The translations under genes were made by a program, and so were the position numbers. 64,000 nucleotides of DNA from the human T2T-CHM13v2.0 reference genome, Homo sapiens: the NCBI RefSeq assembly GCF_009914755.1, contig NC_060927.1, one strand, 5' to 3'. The notes under the pieces were generated by a model. That model saw only the letters and a list, made by a program, of their open reading frames with translations. It did not search any database and was not told where the DNA came from. This document shows, piece by piece, positions 53,770 to 64,000 of the stretch; positions within the stretch are counted from its first letter, which is position 1; each line of letters begins with the position of its first letter.

Positions 53770-56540
53770 GCATAGACTGAAAATGCAAAGTGCACAAGAG
53801 TCTCTGGCCAGGACAGGCATTGAAGGTCAGCTTCTTCTCCTCCTGGGTGAGTTTTCGGGCAAGTCCACGTTTACTCTAGGTTTTAGCTCCCTTCTATGTG
53901 GCACAAGTTAACCCTTGTCTTCTGCTGAGTTCAGAAGGAAGGGTGATATGACCATAATCAAGCAAGTTCATAAACACCCCTTTTCTTAGGAAAAAGACCC
54001 AAACACATGATTAAAATAGCCAGCTGTGCTGTGTTATAAAGGTTACATCCCTTATCTTTATGATATGAGGGAATCAGTAGTGTGGGTAATGCTATTTTAG
54101 CCCCATTTGCCTCATTTTTATGAGATTTTGAAAGATATGTTGGCCTCAGATGTATGGTCTCGATGGTGTTTGGCACAGGATGAGTGAATGATAGCGACTT
54201 TCAGGGGCCAGGCCAGCCCTGCTGAGTGGCTGGGGAAGCCAGTCTGAAGTCAGCACCAGCTGTAGTCCCATCGCCTAGTGGAGATGGACCTCATTGCCCC
54301 ATAAGAGGGATGAAGGCCTGGTTCTATGCAGAGGTTGGGTGGGCAGTTGCAGCTGGAGACAGGCTGGAAGAGCCCACACAATGGCTGGGCTTGAAAATTC
54401 AGTCATTGTTGCTGCTTACGGCAAGTAGTTCTTCAACGTATTCTGATTCATGACTCCTTTTGAGAATTTGACTAAAAACTATGGACCCCTCTCTTCAGAA
54501 AGATGCTCCAACCCACATAATGCAACATTTTGCCTGTAATTTCAGGGGAGGCACAAACCCACTGGGATCCCCAAGTCAAGTATGATGCCTTGGGGAGTAG
54601 GGAGAGCTGAGGGGATGAGGGGACAGAATGAGGGCAGGAGACGTAGCCTAGCCAGTGGGGTGGAGCACCAGACGATAGAAAGGCGACAGGGGAGCTGTCA
54701 AAGTGACAACAGTCCTTTACTACTTTCCTAGAGAGGCTCTTGATGAAAAAATAAAGCTAAATGTGGGCAAACAGGATGCTAATATATCTGTAAGTATAGC
54801 AACAGGGAAAGAAAAGCAGGGGGAAGAGGCCACCCTTATCCTTTCTGTCAACAAAACCAAACCCAATGGACTGAGAGTCAGTCCTGTTATCTCAGCTGGG
54901 CTCCCTCCTATCACTTTTCTAGCTCTTCTTCCAAGACCCAGCTCCCAATTTGCAGCTGGAGGCCTAACTCTGCATTTGAAGGAATTAGGGATAAATAATG
55001 ATGGTCATCAAGATTAGTGGAGAGGACAAGGGAATCTGCCAGCAGACTCTGGGCAAACAAAGCCTTTTAACTTGCAGAATGAATTCCCCAAACCTTAAAA
55101 AAAAAATCCCCAAGTGTATTCAGTAGGGGAAAAGGAAATTTCATCTTGAAAACAAATCTAGAAAAGGTGCTGACATTTTACAGATAGGGAGAATGAATTG
55201 CTCTCCTGCCTTCAGCTAGCCATGTAAACAGGACCTAAAGAGGCTCCGAAAGCCGATAACCTCCTTCACTAGCTCGGGAACCAGTGTGAGTCCCAAATGA
55301 GCAGAGGGGTGTTAGACGTGGGCTTCAAGGATCATGTTTTCAGAAACGCTATACTTTACAGTGCAGCACCTGTATAGAAAGAAGCAGGACTGTGATCTGG
55401 GTGGGTGACAGCCTGGGTGAGGAGAGACTCCCACACAGGAGTCATCAGCCACAGCATCCACTGTGCAGAACCTCAAAATGTGTCCCATGCCCCCTCTGAA
55501 TTGAGCATAAACTTGGACACATCAAGTCCGCTTCCTTAGACTCAGAGCCCCTATAGCACATATACGCACGATCTCCAAGGAGAAGTACACAGTATTAGAT
55601 GAGTTCAGCTTACCTTTCGGCTATTAACAATTAATTCGTGCTGCCATTGTGTTTTTATAAAAAAGACTTTCTTTTCCACCTCTCTCCCATTCATCATGTT
55701 CCATAGAGCTCAGCTCTGTGATCAGGAAACCAATTGTAAAGTCCAGAATGAGGACATGGGCTCTACATGGTGTGGAATGGCAGTGAGACGGGCTAGGACT
55801 TCAGAACTCAACTGATCACACACAGGAGGGAGAAGAACAACCAAGCTGGGCTTCAAGATGCCTTATTTGGACACTAGTTTTTGATGTGTCTCTGATGGTT
55901 ATTAACCAGACATTTCAAGGGCAAGAAACTATTTCCCCAAAACTACCTTTTGAGACATTTCCAGGTAAGTGCCAAATACAAAGAAATGATCCTGGGTTGT
56001 GAGTCCTGGGATGGGGTTCTGGCCCCAGCTTGGCCCTAAATGGGCCAGAGAGCCCCCCTCCAAAATGCATTTCCTCTCTGGATGCCCTCAGTTTCTTATC
56101 TGTAAAATGAGGGTGTTCATCTAAATCATCACGAGGTTCATCCTACTTCTCAGGTTCCAATTCTATACTCCCCAGGAAGGAGAGAAAAAAGAGTCATGAA
56201 TGCACTTCCTGCATTTCCTTAGGACAAAGCCCAGTTCCTCGCAGCTTGGCACTGCCTCTTCCTAACACAGAAACTCCGCTAAGACCTGGCAGGCCTGCTT
56301 TCTCCCCGATGTGTCCTCCCACCTCCCTCTGCAGTATTATTATTACTACTACCATTTTGTTTTGGCAGAGGCTGCCCTGTCCTCTCTGTCCAGAGACTCA
56401 GCCCCGACTCACCTCCTCTAGGAAGTCTCCCACACGGACCTCGCTCTGCTCCCTCCTCCTCACGGCTGACCCTGCTGGGTCGTCCTGCCAGCTCGGACAC
56501 TTGTTTGTTGTGGCTTTTGTAAAATACTCTGTAGTCATTT
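53770..56540 (+). ncRNA. MYLK-AS2: Possible spliced antisense lncRNA (MYLK-AS2-like); limits approximate
   Basis: + strand donors TGG|GTGAGT (GT 53847) and CAG|GTAAGT (GT 55965), and a pyrimidine-rich acceptor ttccttAG (56221-56222). The name and rough position come from recall of an annotated antisense RNA in this intron and are not verifiable here. Confidence 0.3.
55861..55870. promoter_or_regulatory. Consensus CArG box CCTTATTTGG
   Basis: Exact CC(A/T)6GG; function unproven. Confidence 0.3.
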
Positions 56541-56864
56541 TCCTGTGGGTGTGTCTTTTCTACTGCCCAGTGCCCCAGCTTCCCAGCTCAGAAGGTTCTG
56601 GGTGTGGGGATCAGGACTGGGAGGGGGACAGGACAGCCAGGGGAGGGGTGAAGCCATGTAGGTGATCAAGTAGAGCTGCCACTTTCCTTCCTGTCTCTTT
56701 TTCTTTTGGCAAAAGATATTCATTCATCCAAAATGAATGCCTTTGGGTAGGGAGGGCAGTGTTGGAGGCAGTTCTGTCTGACAGGCAAGGTATGGTAAGG
56801 AAGGGAGGGGCTGAGAAATGGGACCCCTGTGTATGGGTGGCGGCGATGGGTGGGCACGACCTAC

Positions 56865-56981
56865 CATCCACAGTGACTTGGCAGGAGCACTCCGCCTGGC
56901 CAGCGTCATTCTTGGCTACACACTTGTATAAGCCTCTGTCCTCAGGCAGTGCCTTCTCGATGGAGACGGAGCAGAGTGAGC
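56865..56981 (-). CDS. MYLK: MYLK exon (~19), C-terminal half of an Ig-like domain
   Basis: 117 bp, cccag|GCTCAC...GTGGATG|gtaggt; encodes GSLCSVSIEKALPEDRGLYKCVAKNDAGQAECSCQVTVD with the Ig D-x-G-x-Y-x-C motif. Confidence 0.97.
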
Positions 56982-59900
56982 CTGGGGAGGAAGAATTGTG
57001 GAGTGAACCAGGTGTGGTCGTAGTACCTGCCCTGGCATCTGGAGCGCAGCAGGTGAGTGTTACTCGCACGGGCAGCCTCTGGGAGCCCAGAAGCCAGAGG
57101 CCTTGTGGGAACCAATCCCCCACTCCTCACCAAAGCCAGGGAACTTTCTGCTTATAACCCATGTCCAAAATAACTGATCCCTAAATACGTTCCTTCCTGA
57201 TACCTCCTCCCCCACTCCAAAGAGTCCTCTTGTGGGGACATAATAGAAAGCTGCAAAAGAAGGGAGAGAAATAGCCTCTGCCTTTGGAGACCATCCAATA
57301 CAATACAAGGAGATGCACACAGGCCCTGCCCCCTGGACGTCACCAAGAGAGAAAAGGAGTCCGACACAGGGTTACAGACCTGTGTTAGGAACAGTGACAG
57401 GTGAGGAGGTCCCACTTTGTTTACAGCAGTGATGCTGTGACTGCATTCTGGAAAAGGGAGCTTTGAAGCTTTGAGCAAAGAAGTGGGTGGAGGAGGCTAG
57501 GAGCCCTTGTCCAGGAGGGGCACCGGCCTGTGGGAAGATCTGTTGGGAGGTGGTGACTACAGCCAGGGCCCCAGGAGCTGACTTTTTAGGAAAGGTGTCT
57601 GAGCTGGAGAACCACGGCCAATGAGGGGGACTGGACCTGCAGAGGGGCCCTCTGGGGCTGCCTCCCTTCGGAGTTGGGTCTTCTGGTTGCCCCAGAGAGA
57701 AGTGGGGATGGCCTTTCTTCTCCATGGACTCTCCCCTGGGCCTGCCTTCACTCCCAGCACCATCTTCTGGCCTGGTTTGGGGAAGGAGGTGTCAGCTAGG
57801 CACACACAGGAATCTAGGGTCTCGTCCTGGCCCCTGCCAGCTCTCTCATCCCAGAACTGGTTACTTCTCCTCTGGGCCACCCCTTGGGGAGGTTCCCTCA
57901 GGGTGTGGAAAGAGGCCTGCTGGGCCAGGCAGAAGGGCAGCAGTTCCTTATTCTTGCTTTCAGATGCACAAACAAGTAAATAGCAGGGCATCCTGCTCAA
58001 AGCTGCCCCTGTTGTCAGGGAAGCAACCGTCACACAGGAGGACAGAGCCAGGGCCACATGCACTTTGCTGCCTGGAGCTCCCATCTCATGTCCCACAAGC
58101 CACTGGCATTGGGAGGGAAGAGCTGGGTGCATTCTGAGTGGACACCAACTACTGTCCCTGCCCCCCATTACACAAATGCACAGCCTTGACCAGCAAATAC
58201 AAGGAGATTAGAAAGAGTAAGGATATCAGTTCTGCCCAGAAAACCTCACTAAGGCTGGAAGAGGAAGGAAGGGTGTAATATTCCCCTTTACTCCTTGCCA
58301 CCAGGGTACTGTTTTAAACAGAGAAACCTTCATCCTATAAACCACCTGGGGCAAGAGGGCTGATCTGCACCCCACTCCCCACTTCCTATACCCTTATACA
58401 GACCCCAAACCTCGGGAAGGCTTCACTCTGTTCTCTTCCCTTTGTAGTTAGGAGTCAGAATTTGTAGAAACTGTAATGGAGAGGATTTAGGCTGGAATTT
58501 TAGGAAGTCTGTCAAAAGAGTAAGAATCGTGAGGCACAGGAGTGGGGAATGAGGATAACCATGTCCTGGAGAGAGAACTTTCCATTCATCTGGGTGGGCG
58601 GGAGGATGCCAAGATGACCTCTGGCCCCAACTAGAGGGGCTCAGAGGCTTAGCAGAGACCAATCCCATCTGGAAATTTTCCCTCAAGTCAGGGTGGGGCT
58701 AAGGCTTTGGGAACAGATATCCCACCCCCAACGCACATCCTGTTCAAATCCTTGATTTTCTTTCAGTTTCAGTCCCTCAGCTGCCTTGAGTCTTAAGTCA
58801 AAATGATACAAGCTGCAAAGACAGTACACAGAGAGTAGAGGGGCATGTGGACCCGGCCCCTGCCTCCTCTCCCAGGGCAAGGCATGGGGCAGGCAGCTTT
58901 TCCAACCTGCCCAGAGCCTGGACCCCTGGCCATGTGCATGGGCTTGGGGAGGCCCCCCTAGCAGGCTTGCAGGCTTGGCTACCCCAGATGAAGAATCTGG
59001 TATTTCCTGTGGGACAGTTCATTCTTGACCTCCAGAAGAAAAGCTGTTTCCCAGAGGTTTTTTTTTGAGAAGCCTCAGCCTGGTGGGGAATTCTGAGAGG
59101 GAGATGAGGGGGATGGGAGAGGTCAGCATCACTGCAGAGCTCCGCCTGGGAGAGCCCCTCAGGGCTGTGGTGGAGTAAGCGCTCCTGGGTCTGAAGCTCC
59201 CCCAGCTCTCTCCTTTTCTGAGTTGGGGGCAGAGGGGAGGAAGGGGATGTGGATGGAGGGAGGGAGCTTCCTGGAGGCTCTGCTATAGGGCTGCCTCAGT
59301 CAGCCTACCCAGCCCACCTGGCAAGCCCAGACAGTAAGACTCATCTCCAGGTCACCCCTGCAGGCATGGTGTCCTCCTTGTTCCCCCTAATCCCCCAGGC
59401 CTAGGCGGACCTCTTCTGTGCTCCCAACTCTGAGCTCACCCATGTCAAAGCACGGCTCACAAGGCCATTGCTGACCTGCATGCCTGTCTCCCACACCAGC
59501 TCTCAGAGGGCAGTGACCCTGTCTAACACCACTGTTTTTCCTAAGCCTGGAATGCAGTCACAGTAAAACATATTTGTCATTCTGAGAAGGATGAAGGCAT
59601 ATTTCTGTAGCAGGTGATCTGGTAGGATCTATGTAAGAAAAGGTCACAAACAGTTAAATATAACTTACTATTGAAAAAGATAATATATAGTTTCTGAAAA
59701 AAGAAAATTCAGAGTTCTTCGAGTGGATTATGCACACAACAAAGGGCATTAGAATAATGCCTTGCTCATAGTAGATGCTGCATAAATCCATTTTTCGTAG
59801 GATGAACTTACATGGGTTTTTAAAAAGCCTTTGCAAAATTCTACCCTGAAGGCAATTAAAAATGAATTACCTATTCACAACAGCAACAAAAATGAATCCT

Positions 59901-62331
59901 CATTGTTAGACTCGGAAAAGTGTTTTGCCAGGAGGAGGAGCCTGGCCTGGAGACAGGAAACAAAGCATAAAGATAAAGCTCTTCTCAGGCCACCACAGAG
60001 CTCCCCTCAGCTCACGGGACCATCGGCCTCCCACCACCCCTCAGCAGAGGCAGGTCCCGGAAGGGCTAGGAAAAGACTTGGGGGCAGAGGGCAGGCCCAG
60101 TTGGTGGTAACTCTGAATCCCATCAGCCCTGCAGCTCTAGGGGTACAGGAAGAGGAAGGACACCTCCACGTGTCTGTGTCCTGCCACAAATCAACTAGTG
60201 GTGAACTCTAGCCCATGGCTGTCAAACCTCTTCTGCTTTCCTCAGCACGAAAGGGGGTGAACTAAATGGGGTGATGTAATCCTGTTTGGGTGGGGGTCTG
60301 TGGGCTATGAGCCCTATCTAAGCTACAGACATCAGAGAAGTCCCCTGAAACCTATAAACAGCACGTCCACTAGCAGTTGGTGCACGCAGATACACAGGTT
60401 GATGGGGAGGGGACAGTGCAAGAGTCTCTCGTGGCCAAAGGTGGGTGACAACAGGAAGGCATCCTGGAGGAAGTGAATCTTGTTTGTAGCAGAGCTGACA
60501 GGGTGGGGATCAGTGCAGTGGAGCAAAAAGGGCTCCAAGTCAGGAAGCCGGGGGCAGGGCCAGTGCTGAGCTGAGTGTGAAGGATGCAGGACGGGAGGCC
60601 AGCGGAGCCATTCCCTCACCTTCCCCTAGAAGCCTCCTCCAACCACCGGCTTCCTTATTCCCACTGACACGACCACTGAGACCCCAGCCACTCAGGCACC
60701 CACACTTAGTGGTCTTCCATTCCTTCATCTTCTTTACCTACCCCCACCCCCATCCTGCCCTTCCAAGCCAGGCAACAGGTGCCATTACTTCTATCCTTGC
60801 TTCTCGAACTGGTCATTCCCTGACTGTGGTTGTGGCTACTACGCTAGTCTAGGCCTCACCATCTTCCTCTCGACCTCTTCAGTAGGCTCTGTATTTGTCT
60901 TTTGGGCACAGAGTCCACCAAAACCCCTAAACTGAGCTTCATGTACAGTGTTCTTCATCCCAAAATCTTGCATGATTCCCTACTGCCTTTAGACTGGAAT
61001 TCCTTGGCAGAATATAGGATGAAACTGGGGCCATGTCATCCTCTCCAGCCCAGAACAAGCTGTTAGCAGGATGCCTCTGCTGCTGCGGGGCCCCCGCCTG
61101 GAAGCCCGTCCCCTCTGGCCTGTCTTCGGGGCTTAGATCAAAGTCCAGCACTCAGCTCCCTCTCTTCCCACTTCCAGCAGCTCCTCCCGACACACTCATA
61201 GCACTTGTCAGCACTTGGCTGTAACAATTTTATCACTGTGAGTGTGTCTTCTCCTTCCACATCTATTGAGAAAAGACTCCCTCCACCTCTCAGAATGCCC
61301 TACTGCCTGAGGAGGGACCTGCTTAAATGGTGACTGATAGATGAAGCCTTAAGATAAGTTTTTTCCTTAACAAAACACTGGGCTCTTGAAGTCTTGGCGA
61401 GTGAAGGGACAGAAGGTGGGGCCGATTTTTTGAGACAACGCACTCTCCTGTACTGAAGCAAGACAGGCCCATTGCAAGGTCTGCTTCCACCACTGCAGGG
61501 AAAATACCAGAAACCTGGCAAGGCTAGGGGCACCATCAGTGTTTCAACCTTTGGACAACTCTTAACAAAATCGAGGAGTAAATAGTCATTAGTGTTTTCT
61601 GTTGATAGACAAATTCTCAGCTGCCACCAGTACCCTGATAAAATAATAGGAATTAACTAAGAGGTCATATAGCACGGTGGTCTAGGCACGGGAACTCAGC
61701 CACCTGAGTTCAAATCCCAGCTCTGTTACCCCCAGCACCTTGCATTTGGCAAGGTACTTAACTTCTCTGTTAGGTGGACAGTACAGTCATTGTTGGGAGG
61801 ATTAAATGGGTGAAAAGTGTAAGAGGCCTAAGATAGTGTCTAACACATAGTGTTCAACATATGTCAGCTATTCTTTAAACACAATTTAAAAATATTTAGA
61901 AGATGTCTTACAGTTTGATTTGGGGCTCTCTCTGGAATCCCTTTCCACCTCTCCTGGTCTCTCTCTCCCCTTCGTGTGCAGCCTTCCTTGGATCATTTCT
62001 TCTGCTGCTGCTCTGGATCTGAACTGTTCCCTCTGGGACGGTTTCCATGGGAAGGGAGGCTGGAGTGGCTAGGATCTCTAGGCTCTTTACCACTAAGGGA
62101 CCAGCAGGGAAAACATACTGCAGGCACTCAGGGCACGAGAAGACAGTGGCTAATGGCTCAGAAGAGTTTCTGAGACCAGGCCTGGGGTCTGCCTTACATC
62201 GCTTAGTTGAGTGAATTGTTTGTAAGTGGCTGTTGATGGCTCTGGGTTTAAACCCCATGCAAGCCCAAGAACAGCTGCCCCCAACTGACTTAACCTCAGT
62301 TTCCCTGAGGCTGGAGCAGCCACAGACCTCC

Positions 62332-62514
62332 CAACGCCAAACCTGCTGAGACCCTGAAGCCCATGGGCAGCGCCAAGCCTGATGAGAACCTGAAATCCAC
62401 TAGCAAAGAAGAACTCAAGAAAGATATTAAGAATGATGCGAACTGCAAGAGAGGCCATGCAGGGACCACAGATAATGAAAAGAGATCAGAGAGCCAGGGG
62501 ACAGCCCCAACCTT
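62332..62514 (+). pseudogene. Inverted, diverged partial copy of the large upstream MYLK exon (~18) inside the following intron
   Basis: From 62333 the + strand reads NAKPAETLKPMGSAKPDENLKSTSKEELKKDIKNDANCKRGHAGTTDNEKRSESQGTAPT. The recalled MYLK sequence is NAKPAETLKPMGNAKPDENLKSASKEELKKDVKNDVNCKRGHAGTTDNEKRSESQGTAPA. Opposite strand to the gene, no flanking splice sites, no poly(A). Confidence 0.9.
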
Positions 62515-64000
62515 GTCCTGAGGATGGTGGATGCCACCCTGCATCCTGCCTGGAGAGATCACCGTAGGGTGACCTGGGAAATGTTCCCAGTCAGGGTTTC
62601 CAATCAGTTTTACCAAGGACTTTCCAAGTGGGAGAGCCCCACAGGGGCGGCAGGACAGGTTGTGGCGTCTGCTCCTCTGAAGTCTCACCCCAGCCCAATA
62701 ATCCCCCATGCCTCAGGGGAGGGGGGCTGAGCCAGCAGAGGTGGGGGATGGAGGAGACGACTTCTGGAGGACCCTGCCAATCTGAGGACATCCACATGGA
62801 AAAGTTACTGCGTCAACACATTAGCAGAAAATAACATGTTTCTCTCTGCCAGCCAGTGTCCCCTTCACTCTTTCAGCACTGAGATTCAATATACTCAGCT
62901 GCTCCAGGTGTGCTGTCCCAGATGTAGAGGGAAGACAGACCCTTACCGGGGGCTGAGAGGGATTCTGTGATCTTCAAATGCTCCATTCTGCTTGTGAGGG
63001 GAAGGCAGGCACGATAAAAGGTGAGGGAGGGAGTGGGGAGGGTGCTGCCAGGGGCCAGGGAGGGGAGCAGCCCACAGGAAGAGCACTCTGACACCTCAGC
63101 TGACTCAGATTTGACAGGACCTGTCCACTCCGGCTTCTTCTGTGGCTGCCCTCTGCCCCTCAAGGGTGAAATGTCACTTCCTGGGAGCTTCTTTGTACCC
63201 TACCCTGTCTGGAGCCACCAGCATCAGCTCAGGCAGGACTCTGTTCTGTGCTGGCAACCTATCCCTCCGCTGGCTGCCAGAATGGGGTGTGGAGGTCGGC
63301 CGGCCTCAGAGCTCCCACCCAGACTTGGGATTTACAAAAGCACTTCAAACCAAATTGAGGGTCCAGAGAAAATACTCCTGTGTCACCCCCATCTCTTCTC
63401 CAAGTATAAACTGGCTCCTCTGAAAACTCCAGACCCCAAAAGTCCACACAGATGGAAGGATTTGGGGCCCCCCTCCTCTCCCCACCATCCAAGAATGTGA
63501 AATACCAGCAAACAAAAGTCTCATCCAAATTAGGAAGCGAGTAGCTCTGTCTGCCCGTGAGTGTGTGCTGTAGGGGCTGTTTTGGGATTTTGGGTTTCCC
63601 GACAGATCCCTTCAAACCCACAGTGCTATCAAGACTGAAGTTATTGTTGACCCCAACTCAGAGCTCCGTGCCATCTGGTCACTGCACACCGTTCCCCAAA
63701 CCTAAGATGCTTCTCTAAACAGCTCTTTACTCAGAGCTTCTCCCTGGCTCCAGCCTCTGTGTCCCCCACCTCCAAGCCTGTAGACAGAGCCCTCTCCATG
63801 CCGGAGCTTGGAATTAACTCAGGCTCAGGTCTCCTCTGGGGAGCCACAGGTGGCGGTGCCATGAGAGGGCTCTGCCAGATGGGTGCCGAGATGTGGGCAT
63901 GTGCCACAAGGACCAGGATCCCAGCCCTTAGCCCCAGCCTTGGTGCATGTACCCAAGGCCCCTGAGCCGGGACCTATCCTTGAGTTAGCAGGAAACAGGG

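Noticed and set aside
62332-62514. Reading this segment as the real MYLK exon or as a processed pseudogene
   Set aside because: Wrong strand, several substitutions, partial, no splice sites, no exon-exon junction and no poly(A).
63525-63534. CArG match CCAAATTAGG
   Set aside because: Isolated, with no supporting context, and within chance expectation.

Overview
Primate (very likely human) genomic DNA lying entirely inside the minus-strand MYLK gene (myosin light chain kinase). Eleven coding exons are readable with exact GT-AG boundaries and a continuous frame; they correspond to exons 19-29 of the long isoform (numbering from recall) and run from an Ig domain through the linker, another Ig domain and the FN3 domain into most of the kinase domain. 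The introns hold ordinary Alu, L1, L2, MIR, MaLR and MER relics plus simple repeats. Two features are not explained by this. (1) At 62332-62514 there is an inverted, slightly diverged ~183-bp copy of MYLK's own large upstream exon, so the pre-mRNA carries an intronic antisense copy of its own coding sequence. (2) At 5589-6073 a 115-bp inverted duplication (6 mismatches) flanks a polypyrimidine tract and interrupts a neighbouring Alu. Candidate SRF/MEF2/TEAD elements and splice signals for a possible antisense transcript are also noted. Repeat boundaries and subfamilies were assigned by eye and are approximate. Almost all ORFs in the supplied track are spurious.
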